From Escherichia phage ECO07P1, in the sequence record OP172784: a stretch of 64,000 nucleotides of DNA; one strand, written 5' to 3'. The notes under the pieces are model-generated. The model worked only from the letters and a program-made list of their open reading frames with translations, did no database searches and was not told where the DNA came from. A program made the position numbers and the translations under genes. Of the stretch, positions 17,883-28,101 are shown in pieces. Position 1 is the stretch's first letter. Each line of letters begins with the position of its first letter.

Positions 17883-17894
17883 TATTTATAAATA
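17883..17894. promoter_or_regulatory. overlapping divergent late promoters for gene 51 (-) and gene 26 (+)
   Basis: Palindromic TATTTATAAATA: TATTTATA 17883-17890 (minus sense) and TATAAATA 17887-17894 (plus sense). Confidence 0.6.
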
Positions 17895-17915
17895 TGATAA
17901 ATAAAGGAGCTAAAT

Positions 17916-18542
17916 ATGTATGAATACAAATTTGACGTGAGAGTTGGTTCTAAAATAATCAACTGTCGTGCATTTACTCTTAAAGAATATCTAGAACTTA
18001 TTACTGCTAAAAAGAACGGTTCAGTAGAAGAGATCGTTAAAAAGCTAATTAAAGACTGTACAAATGCAAAAGATTTAAACCGTCAAGAATCAGAGCTACT
18101 GTTGATTCATTTATGGGCGCATTCTCTTGGAGAAGTTAATCACGAAAACTCCTGGAAGTGCACCTGTGGAACTGAAATACCAACCCATATAAATCTATTA
18201 CATACGCAAATAGATGCACCAGAAGACCTCTGGTATACACTGGGTGACATTAAAATTAAGTTCCATTACCCTAAAATTTTTGATGATAAAAATATAGCCC
18301 ACATGATAGTATCATGTATAGAAACGATTCATGCTAACGGTGAAAGCATTCCAATTGAAGACTTGAATGAAAAAGAGTTGGAAGATTTATATTCTATCAT
18401 CACAGAGTCAGATATTGTAGCTATAAAAGATATGCTTTTAAAGCCTACTGTTTATTTGGCTGTTCCGATTAAATGTCCAGAGTGTGGAAAATCTCACGCT
18501 CATGTAATAAGAGGACTCAAAGAATTCTTTGAGCTATTGTAA
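17916..18542 (+). CDS. 26: baseplate hub subunit gp26
   Basis: 208 aa, as T4 gp26; late promoter TATAAATA at 17887-17894; RBS AAGGAG. Confidence 0.8.
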   Translation: MYEYKFDVRVGSKIINCRAFTLKEYLELITAKKNGSVEEIVKKLIKDCTNAKDLNRQESELLLIHLWAHSLGEVNHENSWKCTCGTEIPTHINLLHTQIDAPEDLWYTLGDIKIKFHYPKIFDDKNIAHMIVSCIETIHANGESIPIEDLNEKELEDLYSIITESDIVAIKDMLLKPTVYLAVPIKCPECGKSHAHVIRGLKEFFELL

Positions 18543-18940
18543 TGGCAAATATTAATAAGCTTTATTCTGACATTGACCCAGAAATGAAAATGGATTGGGA
18601 CAAAGATGTTTCTAGATCTCTTGGATTAAGGTCAATTAAAAATAGCCTTTTAGGAATTATTACAACCAGAAAAGGGTCGAGACCATTTGACCCGGAATTT
18701 GGATGTGATTTATCTGATCAGCTTTTTGAGAATATGACTCCTCTTACTGCTGATACTGTTGAGCGTAACATTGAAAGCGCAGTAAGAAACTACGAGCCAC
18801 GTATTGATAAATTAGCAGTTAATGTAATACCGGTTTATGATGATTATACTCTGATAGTAGAAATACGCTTTTCGGTCATCGATAACCCTGATGATATTGA
18901 GCAGATAAAATTGCAACTGGCTTCCAGTAACAGAGTATAA
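18542..18940 (+). CDS. 25: baseplate wedge subunit gp25 (sheath initiator)
   Basis: 132 aa, as T4 gp25; start overlaps gp26 stop. Confidence 0.85.
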   Translation: MANINKLYSDIDPEMKMDWDKDVSRSLGLRSIKNSLLGIITTRKGSRPFDPEFGCDLSDQLFENMTPLTADTVERNIESAVRNYEPRIDKLAVNVIPVYDDYTLIVEIRFSVIDNPDDIEQIKLQLASSNRV

Positions 18941-19006
18941 TGCTTCACGTATAAACGTGGTATAATGAATCTAAGTCCATCCAATAACAATTGAATAGAG
19001 AACAAT

Positions 19007-19420
19007 ATGAAATTAGAAGATCTTCAAGAAGAATTGAAGAAAGATGTGTTTATAGATTCGACTAAATTACAGTATGAAGCAGCTAATAATGTGATGTTAT
19101 ATAGTAAATGGCTTAATAAGCATTCAAGTATTAAAAAGGAAATGCTTAGAATTGACGCACAGAAAAAAGTTGCTCTTAAAGCTAAATTAGACTACTACTC
19201 GGGACGAGGAGATGGTGATGAATTTAGTATGGATCGTTATGAGAAATCAGAAATGAAGACAGTTCTATCAGCTGATAAGGATGTTTTAAAAGTTGATACT
19301 TCATTACAATATTGGGGAATTTTATTGGATTTTTGTAGCGGAGCTCTTGATGCTATTAAATCACGTGGATTTGCTATTAAGCATATTCAAGACATGCGAG
19401 CATTTGAGGCTGGAAAATAA
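19007..19420 (+). CDS. uvsY: recombination mediator protein UvsY
   Basis: 137 aa; translation M.LEDLQEELKKDVFIDSTKLQYEAANNV.. matches T4 UvsY from memory. Confidence 0.9.
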   Translation: MKLEDLQEELKKDVFIDSTKLQYEAANNVMLYSKWLNKHSSIKKEMLRIDAQKKVALKAKLDYYSGRGDGDEFSMDRYEKSEMKTVLSADKDVLKVDTSLQYWGILLDFCSGALDAIKSRGFAIKHIQDMRAFEAGK

Positions 19421-19647
19421 TGAAATATAGCATTGATGATGCTTTTAATTATGAAGAAGAAGAATTCGAAACGGAAATTCAATTCTTAATGAAAAAGTAT
19501 AATCTCAAGCGTCAGGATATTCGTATCCTGGCCGACCATCCATGCGGTGAAGATGTACTTTATGTTAAAGGAAAATTTGCCGGATATCTTGATGAATATT
19601 TTTATTCTAAAGATATGGGCATTGATATGCATATGAGAGTTATATAA
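19420..19647 (+). CDS. hypothetical protein (75 aa)
   Basis: ORF start overlaps uvsY stop (TAATG). Confidence 0.45.
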   Translation: MKYSIDDAFNYEEEEFETEIQFLMKKYNLKRQDIRILADHPCGEDVLYVKGKFAGYLDEYFYSKDMGIDMHMRVI

Positions 19648-19676
19648 ATAGATATATAATTTAGAGGAGACAATCA

Positions 19677-19844
19677 TGTCAGATAAGATTTGTGTTGTCT
19701 GTAAAACTCCAATCGATTCTGCATTGGTTGTTGAAACAGACAAAGGTCCTGTACATCCTGGGCCTTGTTATAATTACATTAAAGAACTACCAGTTTCAGA
19801 AAGTTCGGAAGAACAATTAAATGAAACACAACTTTTGCTATAGT
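19677..19844 (+). CDS. small Cys-containing hypothetical protein (55 aa)
   Basis: ORF MSDKICVVCKTPIDS..HPGPC.. with RBS GAGGAGACAATCATG; below the 60-aa track cutoff. Confidence 0.35.
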
Positions 19845-19898
19845 GTGACCTTTAGTCTATAGTTTTGGCCCTTCCTTTTTGGTTGGGCCTTTTTTAAT

Positions 19899-20141
19899 TT
19901 AAAAGCTTTCTTCTACTTCATCGTCTGAATCTTCTAATTCAGCTCTTTTTCCTGCCAAAGCATCTCTCACAGAGATGTCATCAGTATCTTTTAATTCAGT
20001 TTCTTTAACTCTTTTCTTGTAATAAGCTTCAAGTTCTTCTAAACCTTCTAATGTTTGACAAGAGGCAATTTTACCCATAAATTCATCAATAGAAGCTTCA
20101 TAAAGAAATTGTTTAAATTCTAGTAACATCTTTTTCTCCAA
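19899..20141 (-). CDS. small acidic protein downstream of uvsW (UvsW.1-like)
   Basis: 80 aa ORF directly 3' of uvsW on the same strand. Confidence 0.5.
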   Translation of the reverse strand: MEKKMLLEFKQFLYEASIDEFMGKIASCQTLEGLEELEAYYKKRVKETELKDTDDISVRDALAGKRAELEDSDDEVEESF

Positions 20142-20154
20142 AGGGCCGAAGCCC

Positions 20155-21666
20155 TTATAAATTAACTGTTTTCATTACGTAATTAAATTTTTCATCTGCG
20201 TAGCGCTGAATACGATCAATGCCATGTTTTAAAAGATAGTTCAAATGAACGTATTTCTTTTTCGTATTAGCAGATTTTGGCTTAACACCGCAATCATCTA
20301 TGAGGTCCCAGACTGTTGCGATTGTTTTAGAACCATGCTTACGTAATACGCGACCTATTGTTTGCAATACAATAATTTTAGATTTAACACCGTGCGCTAA
20401 AACAACGTGATGCAGATTTTTAACTGAAATACCAGTAGAAAATACACCATAACTAGCTACTATAATTATTCCTTTACCGTTTTCAGCTAGGGTTTTCATT
20501 ACGTTGCGTGTTTCGGTATCAACTTCCCCTGATACGTAATAAACTTTATCGTATTCATTTTTAATTAAATCGAAAATAGCTTTACCGTGCGATACGTGTT
20601 TAAACATGACAAAAGCGTTTTCATCTTTTTGTGCAAGTTTAATAGCTAATTTAGCGATCCATTTATTTCTTTTACTGAGCCCAGTAATAATTTTTATTTC
20701 TTCTTGGTAAGTTTTTCCCTTTAATTTAGTAGTGAACTCATCAGGATAGCGAAGAAAAATACTATTAATTTTTAACTCAGTTACTTGTCCATCTTCCATT
20801 AATTTAGAAGTCGTTACTGGCTTAAATATTTCACCAAACATTCCAACATACTGCATGATATTAGCTTTGCCATCGCGCAATGAACCGGACAAACCAAATT
20901 TAAACATACAGTTATTTAAACCTGATATGATAGATGAAATACTTTTTCCTGTAGCAAGATGGCATTCATCATTCATCATCATTCCAAACTGTGAGAACCA
21001 TTCTTTCGGTTGTTTTACTACAGTTTGCCATGTACCAACAACGACTGGTGCATCATTTTTATATTTATCATCTTTTGATGCTCCACCACCGATTTTCTTT
21101 ATCATTGCATGACTGAATAAACGATAGTCAACAAAGTCATCAGCCATCTGAGTTGTCAGAGCAGTTGTTGGAACAATGATAAGAATTTTACCTTCATAAT
21201 TTTCCAAATAATAACGTGCAAGCAAAGCTTGAATTAAAGATTTACCTGCGGATGTTGGAAGATTAAGAATTCTACGACGATTAACTAATCCTTCGAACAC
21301 TGCATCTTTTTGATACCAGTGCGGTTCAATTCTTTTATTTCCTGAATAGATTTCTAATTTAGAAAGCCATTCATCAAAATCTTTTCTTGATAATTCTTCT
21401 TTTTCGTTAATCTGCGGGTCAATCCAGGCTTTATAGCCAAAGTTATCACAGAACTTTTTAATTTGCCCGACTAAGCCGAATGGAAGAAGTCGATTATAAT
21501 CTAAAAGACGGATTCGCCCATCCCAATGACCATATTTGTACTTCGGATTAAAACGATACCCATCAGCTTCAAAGCTAAAGAAATCACGGAGTTCATGAAA
21601 TGCACTTTCTTCACAATCAATTCTCACGTGACTAAAATCATAAAAATGTACTTTAATGTCAGTCAT
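20155..21666 (-). CDS. uvsW: UvsW DNA/RNA helicase (SF2)
   Basis: 503 aa; Walker A (PTSAGKSLI) and DECH box (MMMNDECHL); length as T4 UvsW; late promoter motif just upstream. Confidence 0.9.
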   Translation of the reverse strand: MTDIKVHFYDFSHVRIDCEESAFHELRDFFSFEADGYRFNPKYKYGHWDGRIRLLDYNRLLPFGLVGQIKKFCDNFGYKAWIDPQINEKEELSRKDFDEWLSKLEIYSGNKRIEPHWYQKDAVFEGLVNRRRILNLPTSAGKSLIQALLARYYLENYEGKILIIVPTTALTTQMADDFVDYRLFSHAMIKKIGGGASKDDKYKNDAPVVVGTWQTVVKQPKEWFSQFGMMMNDECHLATGKSISSIISGLNNCMFKFGLSGSLRDGKANIMQYVGMFGEIFKPVTTSKLMEDGQVTELKINSIFLRYPDEFTTKLKGKTYQEEIKIITGLSKRNKWIAKLAIKLAQKDENAFVMFKHVSHGKAIFDLIKNEYDKVYYVSGEVDTETRNVMKTLAENGKGIIIVASYGVFSTGISVKNLHHVVLAHGVKSKIIVLQTIGRVLRKHGSKTIATVWDLIDDCGVKPKSANTKKKYVHLNYLLKHGIDRIQRYADEKFNYVMKTVNL

Positions 21667-21685
21667 GTCTAAATACCATGTAATA

Positions 21686-21693
21686 AATATATC
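21686..21693 (-). promoter_or_regulatory. late promoter upstream of uvsW
   Basis: TATTTATA on plus strand (TATAAATA on minus) about 20 nt upstream of the uvsW start. Confidence 0.5.
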
Positions 21694-21716
21694 TATATTT
21701 ATACTGAGGAAATATT

Positions 21717-22397
21717 ATGATAGATAAAGATTATATTGCAGAGCTGAAGGCTCTTGATGATAATAAAGAAGCTAAGGCTAAATTAGCTGAATATGCTGAA
21801 CAGTTTGGTATAAAGGTCAAAAAGAATAAATCTTTTGATAATATCGTTGTTGATATTGAAGAAGCCCTCCAGAAGCTCGCTAGCGAACCTATGCCAGAGA
21901 CTGATGGGTTATCTATTAAAGACTTAATCAATGCTGCTGATGCTGCAGAAGGATTAAAATATGACGATGAAGAAGTCAATCCAGAAGCAGCACTTCTGAT
22001 TGATTCTCCGGTTAAATCTGACATTAAAATTGAAGTAGTAGAAAAGGATAAAATTCCTGAAAATACTGATGTTTTGATTGAAGATACTCCTTTTGTTGAA
22101 GAAAAATTCGAGCAGGCCGTAGCTGAGATTATTGAATCTGAAAAGCCGTCTGTATTTACTCTTCCGGAAAACTTTAGTCCGAATCTTCAGCTGATTGGAA
22201 AAAATCCAGGATTCTGTACTGTTCCTTGGTGGATTTATCAATGGATTGCTGAAACTCCGGATTGGAAATCTCACCCAACTAGTTTTGAACACGCGTCAGC
22301 ACACCAAACTTTATTTAGCTTAATTTATTACATTAACCGTGACGGATCAGTTTTAATTCGTGAAACACGCAACTCTTCTTTCGTGACATTAAAATAA
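21717..22397 (+). CDS. inh: Inh-like protein (inhibitor of prohead protease)
   Basis: 226 aa ORF immediately upstream of hoc, same length and position as T4 inh. Confidence 0.65.
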   Translation: MIDKDYIAELKALDDNKEAKAKLAEYAEQFGIKVKKNKSFDNIVVDIEEALQKLASEPMPETDGLSIKDLINAADAAEGLKYDDEEVNPEAALLIDSPVKSDIKIEVVEKDKIPENTDVLIEDTPFVEEKFEQAVAEIIESEKPSVFTLPENFSPNLQLIGKNPGFCTVPWWIYQWIAETPDWKSHPTSFEHASAHQTLFSLIYYINRDGSVLIRETRNSSFVTLK

Positions 22398-22406
22398 GGA
22401 TAACTT

Positions 22407-23537
22407 ATGGCTTTTACAGTTGATATAACTCCTAAAACACCTACTGGAGTTATAGATCAGACTCAGCAGTTTACTGCTACACCCAGTGGTGAAACTGGAG
22501 GCGGAACTATTACCTATGCTTGGACTGTAGATGATGTTCCACAAGATGGAGCTGAAGCAACTTTTAGTTATGTACTAAAAGGACCTGCCGGTCAAAAGAC
22601 TATTAAAGTAGTTGCAACAAATACAGTTCCAGAAGCTGAAGCTGAAACAGCAGAAGCTACTACAACTATCACAGTTCAAAATAAGACACAAACGACTACC
22701 TTAGCTGTAACTCCTGATAGTCCTGCTGCTGGAGTGATTGGAACTCCTGTTGAATTTACTGCTGCTTTAGCTTCTCAACCAGTTGGAGCGTCTGCTACGT
22801 ATCAGTGGTATGTAGATGATTCTCCTGTTAGTGAAGCAACTTCCGCTACATTTAGCTATACTCCAACTACAAGTGGAGTAAAAAGAATTAAATGCGTAGC
22901 TCAAGTAACAGCGACAGATTATGATGCAAAGGAAGTTACTTCTAATGAAGTATCACTGACTGTTAATAAGAAGACAATGAATCCACAGGTTACATTGACT
23001 CCTCCTTCTATTAATGTTCAGCAAGATGCTTCGGCTACATTTACTGCTAATGTCACTGATGCTCCTGAAGAAGCGCAAATCGAATATTCATGGAAGAAAG
23101 ATTCTTCTCCTGTAGAAGGGTCAACTAACGTATACACCGTTGATACATCATCTATTGGAAGTCAAACTATTGAAGTTACTGCAACTGTTACCGCTACTGA
23201 TTATGATAGCAAAACTATTACAGCAGAAGGTCAAGTTCAAGTGACTGATAAAGTTGCTCCGGAACCAGAAGGTGAATTACCTTATGTTCATCCTCTTCCA
23301 CATCGCACTTCAGCTTACATCTGGTGTGGTTGGTGGGTTATGGATGAAATCCAAAAAATGACTGAAGAAGGTAAAGATTGGAAAACTGACGACCCAGATA
23401 GTAAGTACTACTTGCATCGTTACACTCTTCAGAAGATGATGAAAGACTATCCAGAAGTTGATGTTCAAGAATCACGTAATGGATACATCATTCATAAAAC
23501 TGCTTTAGAAACTGGTATCATCTATACCTATCCATAA
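22407..23537 (+). CDS. hoc: Hoc highly immunogenic outer capsid protein
   Basis: 376 aa; repeated Thr/Val-rich Ig-like modules visible in translation; length as T4 Hoc. Confidence 0.85.
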   Translation: MAFTVDITPKTPTGVIDQTQQFTATPSGETGGGTITYAWTVDDVPQDGAEATFSYVLKGPAGQKTIKVVATNTVPEAEAETAEATTTITVQNKTQTTTLAVTPDSPAAGVIGTPVEFTAALASQPVGASATYQWYVDDSPVSEATSATFSYTPTTSGVKRIKCVAQVTATDYDAKEVTSNEVSLTVNKKTMNPQVTLTPPSINVQQDASATFTANVTDAPEEAQIEYSWKKDSSPVEGSTNVYTVDTSSIGSQTIEVTATVTATDYDSKTITAEGQVQVTDKVAPEPEGELPYVHPLPHRTSAYIWCGWWVMDEIQKMTEEGKDWKTDDPDSKYYLHRYTLQKMMKDYPEVDVQESRNGYIIHKTALETGIIYTYP

Positions 23538-23540
23538 TCA

Positions 23541-23565
23541 TAAGGGGCTTCGGCCCCTTTCTTCA
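23541..23565 (+). terminator. terminator hairpin after hoc
   Basis: AAGGGGC-TTCG-GCCCCTT followed by TCTTCATTTT. Confidence 0.55.
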
Positions 23566-23626
23566 TTTTGAAAGCACGCAAAACACAATCAGAAAACGTT
23601 GTATATAATGGCATCAACTCGATAAC

Positions 23627-23842
23627 ATGAGATTGATTATGAGAACTGAGGTTGTGGTGTTTACTCTTCATGAGTCTGGAAAGTCATTCATTGAAATTGC
23701 TCGTGAATTGAACTTGCAGGCGAAAGAAGTGGCTGTATTGTGGGCTCGAGCTATGACTGCTAAGAATAAATTTGAGACTCGAGAAAAAGTTGTCTATAGA
23801 AAAAGACATATTAATAAAAAGGTGAAAAATGGAACAGTATGA
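23627..23842 (+). CDS. hypothetical protein (71 aa)
   Basis: ORF between hoc terminator hairpin and rnlB. Confidence 0.4.
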   Translation: MRLIMRTEVVVFTLHESGKSFIEIARELNLQAKEVAVLWARAMTAKNKFETREKVVYRKRHINKKVKNGTV

Positions 23843-24107
23843 TCTTTATGAAAATGAATCTTTTGCTAATCAATTACGCGAAAAAGCACTTAAAAGTAAA
23901 CAGTTTAAACTAGAGTGTTTTATTAAAGATTTTTCGGAACTTGCTAATAAAGCAGCTGAACAAGGTAAAACATATTTTAGTTATTATTGTACTGCTCGCG
24001 ATAAATTGATTACTGAAGAAATTGGTGATTGGCTGAGAAAAGAAGGATTTAGCTTTAAAGTCAATAGTGATCAGCGTGATGGTGATTGGTTAGAAATTAC
24101 ATTTTGA
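23829..24107 (+). CDS. hypothetical protein (92 aa)
   Basis: ORF with RBS AAGGTGAAAAATG overlapping previous ORF end. Confidence 0.45.
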   Translation: MEQYDLYENESFANQLREKALKSKQFKLECFIKDFSELANKAAEQGKTYFSYYCTARDKLITEEIGDWLRKEGFSFKVNSDQRDGDWLEITF

Positions 24108-24116
24108 GGATTAATT

Positions 24117-25121
24117 ATGTTTAAAAAGTATAGCAGTCTTGAAAATCATTACAATTCTAAATTCATTGAAAAACTCTACAGTTTAGGATTGACTGGCGGC
24201 GAATGGGTAGCTCGTGAAAAGATTCATGGTACAAACTTTTCATTGATTATTGAGCGTGATAAAGTAACTTGTGCTAAACGTACTGGTCCTATTCTTCCTG
24301 CTGAAGATTTCTTTGGGTATGAAATTATTCTAAAGAATTACGCTGATTCCATTAAAGCTGTACAAGATATTATGGAAACTTCGGCAGTTGTATCTTATCA
24401 AGTCTTCGGCGAATTCGCTGGACCTGGCATTCAGAAGAATGTTGATTATGGTGATAAAGATTTTTATGTATTTGACATTATTGTTACTACAGAAAGTGGT
24501 GATGTAACTTATGTCGATGATTATATGATGGAATCATTCTGCAATACATTTAAATTTAAAATGGCTCCACTTTTAGGTCGCGGTAAATTTGAAGAGCTTA
24601 TTAAATTGCCAAACGATTTAGATTCTGTTGTCCAGGATTATAATTTTACAGTAGACCATGCTGGATTAGTTGATGCAAATAAATGCGTTTGGAATGCAGA
24701 AGCAAAAGGCGAAGTATTTACTGCTGAAGGATATGTATTGAAACCTTGTTATCCTTCTTGGATGCCTAATGGCAATCGCGTAGCCATCAAATGCAAGAAC
24801 TCTAAATTTAGCGAAAAGAAAAAGTCTGATAAGCCTATTAAAGCTAAAGTTGAGCTGTCAGAAGCTGATAATAAATTGCTGGGAATTTTAGCTTGCTACG
24901 TTACACTGAACCGAGTAAATAACGTTATTTCTAAAATTGGCGAAATTGGTCCAAAAGATTTTGGAAAGGTGATGGGGCTAACTGTTCAAGATATTTTGGA
25001 AGAAACTTCTCGTGAAGGTATTACTCTAACTCAAGCAGATAATCCTTCTTTGATTAAAAAGGAATTAGTTAAAATGGTACAAGATGTGCTTCGTCCGGCT
25101 TGGATTGAATTGGTAAGTTAA
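24117..25121 (+). CDS. rnlB: RNA ligase 2 (Rnl2)
   Basis: 334 aa; nucleotidyltransferase motif I lysine in EKIHGTN; translation matches T4 Rnl2 from memory. Confidence 0.9.
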   Translation: MFKKYSSLENHYNSKFIEKLYSLGLTGGEWVAREKIHGTNFSLIIERDKVTCAKRTGPILPAEDFFGYEIILKNYADSIKAVQDIMETSAVVSYQVFGEFAGPGIQKNVDYGDKDFYVFDIIVTTESGDVTYVDDYMMESFCNTFKFKMAPLLGRGKFEELIKLPNDLDSVVQDYNFTVDHAGLVDANKCVWNAEAKGEVFTAEGYVLKPCYPSWMPNGNRVAIKCKNSKFSEKKKSDKPIKAKVELSEADNKLLGILACYVTLNRVNNVISKIGEIGPKDFGKVMGLTVQDILEETSREGITLTQADNPSLIKKELVKMVQDVLRPAWIELVS

Positions 25122-25124
25122 ATA

Positions 25125-25152
25125 AAAAGGGACCTTTCGGTCCCTTTGTTTT
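25125..25152. terminator. bidirectional terminator between rnlB (+) and gene 24 (-)
   Basis: AAAAAGGGACC-TTTC-GGTCCCTTTGTTTT. Confidence 0.65.
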
Positions 25153-26434
25153 ATTCATCAACGATAATTTTTGGCAGTTTAACACCTAATAAAACAGACA
25201 AATCTGAACGACCCGCCATTTTATCCATGTCTCCACCATCAATTATTCTTGCTTCTTTTTCATCTTTTGCTACAGTGTAAGGATTTGCAGATAAAGCATA
25301 TCTAACTAATAAACCGATAGATGGCTGCAAACTTTCTGGATCGACTACAACTTTAAATGCACCTACATGTTCAGGGTCATCTAAGTCAAGACCTTCTGTA
25401 TACGGAGCATAGAAAATTGATCCGACGATTTCTTTTTCACCGATATTTTCTACTACACCAACGATTACATAATCTAATGGGCTGTTAGTATCGCAATAAA
25501 GCGGTAAACCATTAGCTAAGAACCCGTAGGCATTTTGTGAAAGATATTTGTCATCTTCTGGTTTATGTTTTAACCAACCTGATGCAGCAAGAATCGCAGC
25601 GGCACGAGCTGAAGCAACACAGAACGTTGCAGTATAAGTTGATTCTTTTTGGATATGCGAAACCATTTCACACACCATTCGGTATAATGAACGACCAGCT
25701 TCAGGTGCAGATGCATAACTCAAATCAATGAATCCAGTATCAGTAATTCCTGTAACTTTATAGCGTTTTGACACTGTAATCAAAGACTGTAGAATATCTT
25801 TATTAATTTCATCTGCCATTTCAGTTGCAAGCAAATCTTCCAAGAAATTAGGAGCATCGAATCCATTTGCTTCTAAATCTTGTGCTAATTCAACCGTGAT
25901 GCCAGTTTTAAGTTTACGAGATTTAACTGCGGTTTGCCATTTATTAATCTGGAATCTAGCATCAGCAATTTCGCTATCAGAGCTTTCAAATTTGCTTGTT
26001 ACTGCAGCATCAGAAAATAGACGAACCTTTAAAAGAACGATTGCAATCTGAAGAGCTAATTCTAAATCGCTTTCTTCAATATCAGCAAATGGTGTATCTT
26101 CTAATACTTTATAAACGATGTTATTATATTTGAATAAATCGCCTTTATTGAGAGTTAATTTAGACTCTTCTGTTAATTCTGTGATTTGTTCTCGGTCTAC
26201 ATATCCAGCTTCTCCAGCGTAAGTAGCACCAGTTTTAAACGTAAATTCGTTATCTGGGTTAAGGTATTTGATACCATAAAAAGCAGCAACAGGTTGATTA
26301 GTTCTTTGCGTTGCTACAATGTCAGAATATATTAATTTAGTGGTAGCGCGAGTCAAAGCAACGAGATTTGGGCGACCGATTGAGTTGCTATTCGTTGTGG
26401 TTGATTCGCGCAGAAGTTCGTTGATTTTAGCCAT
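25151..26434 (-). CDS. 24: head vertex protein gp24
   Basis: 427 aa; capsid-fold paralog directly downstream of gp23; late promoter at 26462-26469. Confidence 0.85.
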   Translation of the reverse strand: MAKINELLRESTTTNSNSIGRPNLVALTRATTKLIYSDIVATQRTNQPVAAFYGIKYLNPDNEFTFKTGATYAGEAGYVDREQITELTEESKLTLNKGDLFKYNNIVYKVLEDTPFADIEESDLELALQIAIVLLKVRLFSDAAVTSKFESSDSEIADARFQINKWQTAVKSRKLKTGITVELAQDLEANGFDAPNFLEDLLATEMADEINKDILQSLITVSKRYKVTGITDTGFIDLSYASAPEAGRSLYRMVCEMVSHIQKESTYTATFCVASARAAAILAASGWLKHKPEDDKYLSQNAYGFLANGLPLYCDTNSPLDYVIVGVVENIGEKEIVGSIFYAPYTEGLDLDDPEHVGAFKVVVDPESLQPSIGLLVRYALSANPYTVAKDEKEARIIDGGDMDKMAGRSDLSVLLGVKLPKIIVDE

Positions 26435-26461
26435 TGCGCTTTCCTTTTGGTTTATATGATT

Positions 26462-26469
26462 TATTTATA
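26462..26469 (-). promoter_or_regulatory. late promoter upstream of gene 24
   Basis: TATAAATA on minus strand about 28 nt upstream of the gp24 start. Confidence 0.6.
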
Positions 26470-26484
26470 CCATAAAAACAACTA

Positions 26485-26504
26485 AAGGGACCCGAAGGTC
26501 CCTT
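26485..26504 (-). terminator. hairpin between genes 23 and 24
   Basis: AAGGGACC-CGAA-GGTCCCTT immediately 3' of gp23 on the minus strand. Confidence 0.5.
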
Positions 26505-26517
26505 AAATCGTCAAAGA

Positions 26518-28083
26518 TTAGATACCTTTAACATATACACGGCGGAAGTAAGCGTTTTTACCAAGGCTATTCAGAATAGAAGGCATACCGCTCTGGATGC
26601 GAGAAGCCGGAGCCTGAGCAGCGGATTCTGCAAATGGGTTGATACCGATACCGTAACGAGTTTTGAATCCCATTACTGGTTGGAAGTTCTTCGGATCGGA
26701 ACCACGCAGCGGAGTCAGAGCTACATATGGAGCATAGTAAATACCAGCATCCATTTCGTTCGGACCTTTATAACCTACAGTGAAATAATCCTGTTTAGCA
26801 TACTGGTCGATATATACACGGTATTTACCACCCAGAACACCAGCAAATACTGACTTGGTAGTATCAGTGTTAAAGCCGGTAGCCAGACCCTGTGCAGCAT
26901 AAGAAATGCCAGTATCAACTGAAGCCAGAACGTTAACTACGTTACGGGAAGCGATAATGAAGTTACCTTCACCACGACCGGTCTGACGAGCAATTTCAAC
27001 TGCTTCTTTGTCAATCTGGAACAACAGAGCTTTAAAGGATTCACCTGCCCAGCGAGCACCACGAATATCGATTGGGTCCTGGAAGTCAAATACACCAGCT
27101 TTAGAACCCGGAGTCAGGGTCATACCAGATTTACCAACCTGTGCGGAGTAGTTAATCCAATCAACAATTTCACGGTTGATTTCCAGCATGATTTCGGTAG
27201 CCAGAATACCAGACAGTTCAGCATCAGCATCCATACCGTGAACAGCGCGGAGGTCTTGTGCTAATTCGATAGAGTAAGCAGCTTTCAGCTGGCGAGATTT
27301 AGCTTCGATAACTTGCTTATCGATACGGAAGCCCATTTCATTCCATGGGTTATCGGTAGAACCGTTGAAACCTTCCTGGAGTTCAGCGATAGAAGTAGCC
27401 ATACCTTCAGCGATTTCTACCAGTACACCAGCTTCCATTTGTTTCTTAATTTCAGCATCTAATTTAGCAGCATCAGTCGCACCAGCATCGATTGTTACTA
27501 CAGCGGAAGCTTGTAGATACACAGTACCAGTTTCCTGGAAGAAGTGAGTATAGATATCACCTACAACGGTTTGTGTGCTAGCAGCCAGAGCTGGGAATTT
27601 CTTAGCAGCACCCTGACCAGAGAACATTGCGTCTGGACCATACATTGGGTGGAATGCTTCTTTAGCATCGGCAGCGATCGGATCTTTACCATATACTGCG
27701 CGCAGTGCGAATACCTGACCGGTTGGGCTGCTCATTGGTTGAACACCGCAAATATCGAAAGCAATCAGGTTAGGAATAGCACGACGTACCATACCCATAA
27801 CAGCCGGGCCAATCTGAGTTACTGCGCCAGAAGTCTGACCTGCAGCGATGTTAGTAGCATTGTAACCGTGGTCACCACCGATTTCAGCTTCTGTTAAGAA
27901 AGAACCAAATGCCTGAGCAATTTTTTCGTCTTTATATTCCGGAGCTGTCTGGAAATCTTTTTCCTGGTTTTCAAAGATTTTAGCGATAATCGCTTGTTTG
28001 CTATTAGCAATTTCCGGTAAACCTTCACCTTCCAGTAATGGCTTCCATTTGTTCAAAAGTTCAGCTTTAGTTTTGATAGTCAT
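26518..28083 (-). CDS. 23: major capsid protein gp23 (precursor)
   Basis: 521 aa; matches T4 gp23 length; synteny 20-67-68-21-22-23-24. Confidence 0.95.
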   Translation of the reverse strand: MTIKTKAELLNKWKPLLEGEGLPEIANSKQAIIAKIFENQEKDFQTAPEYKDEKIAQAFGSFLTEAEIGGDHGYNATNIAAGQTSGAVTQIGPAVMGMVRRAIPNLIAFDICGVQPMSSPTGQVFALRAVYGKDPIAADAKEAFHPMYGPDAMFSGQGAAKKFPALAASTQTVVGDIYTHFFQETGTVYLQASAVVTIDAGATDAAKLDAEIKKQMEAGVLVEIAEGMATSIAELQEGFNGSTDNPWNEMGFRIDKQVIEAKSRQLKAAYSIELAQDLRAVHGMDADAELSGILATEIMLEINREIVDWINYSAQVGKSGMTLTPGSKAGVFDFQDPIDIRGARWAGESFKALLFQIDKEAVEIARQTGRGEGNFIIASRNVVNVLASVDTGISYAAQGLATGFNTDTTKSVFAGVLGGKYRVYIDQYAKQDYFTVGYKGPNEMDAGIYYAPYVALTPLRGSDPKNFQPVMGFKTRYGIGINPFAESAAQAPASRIQSGMPSILNSLGKNAYFRRVYVKGI

Positions 28084-28101
28084 TTGTGTTAACCTTTAAA
28101 A

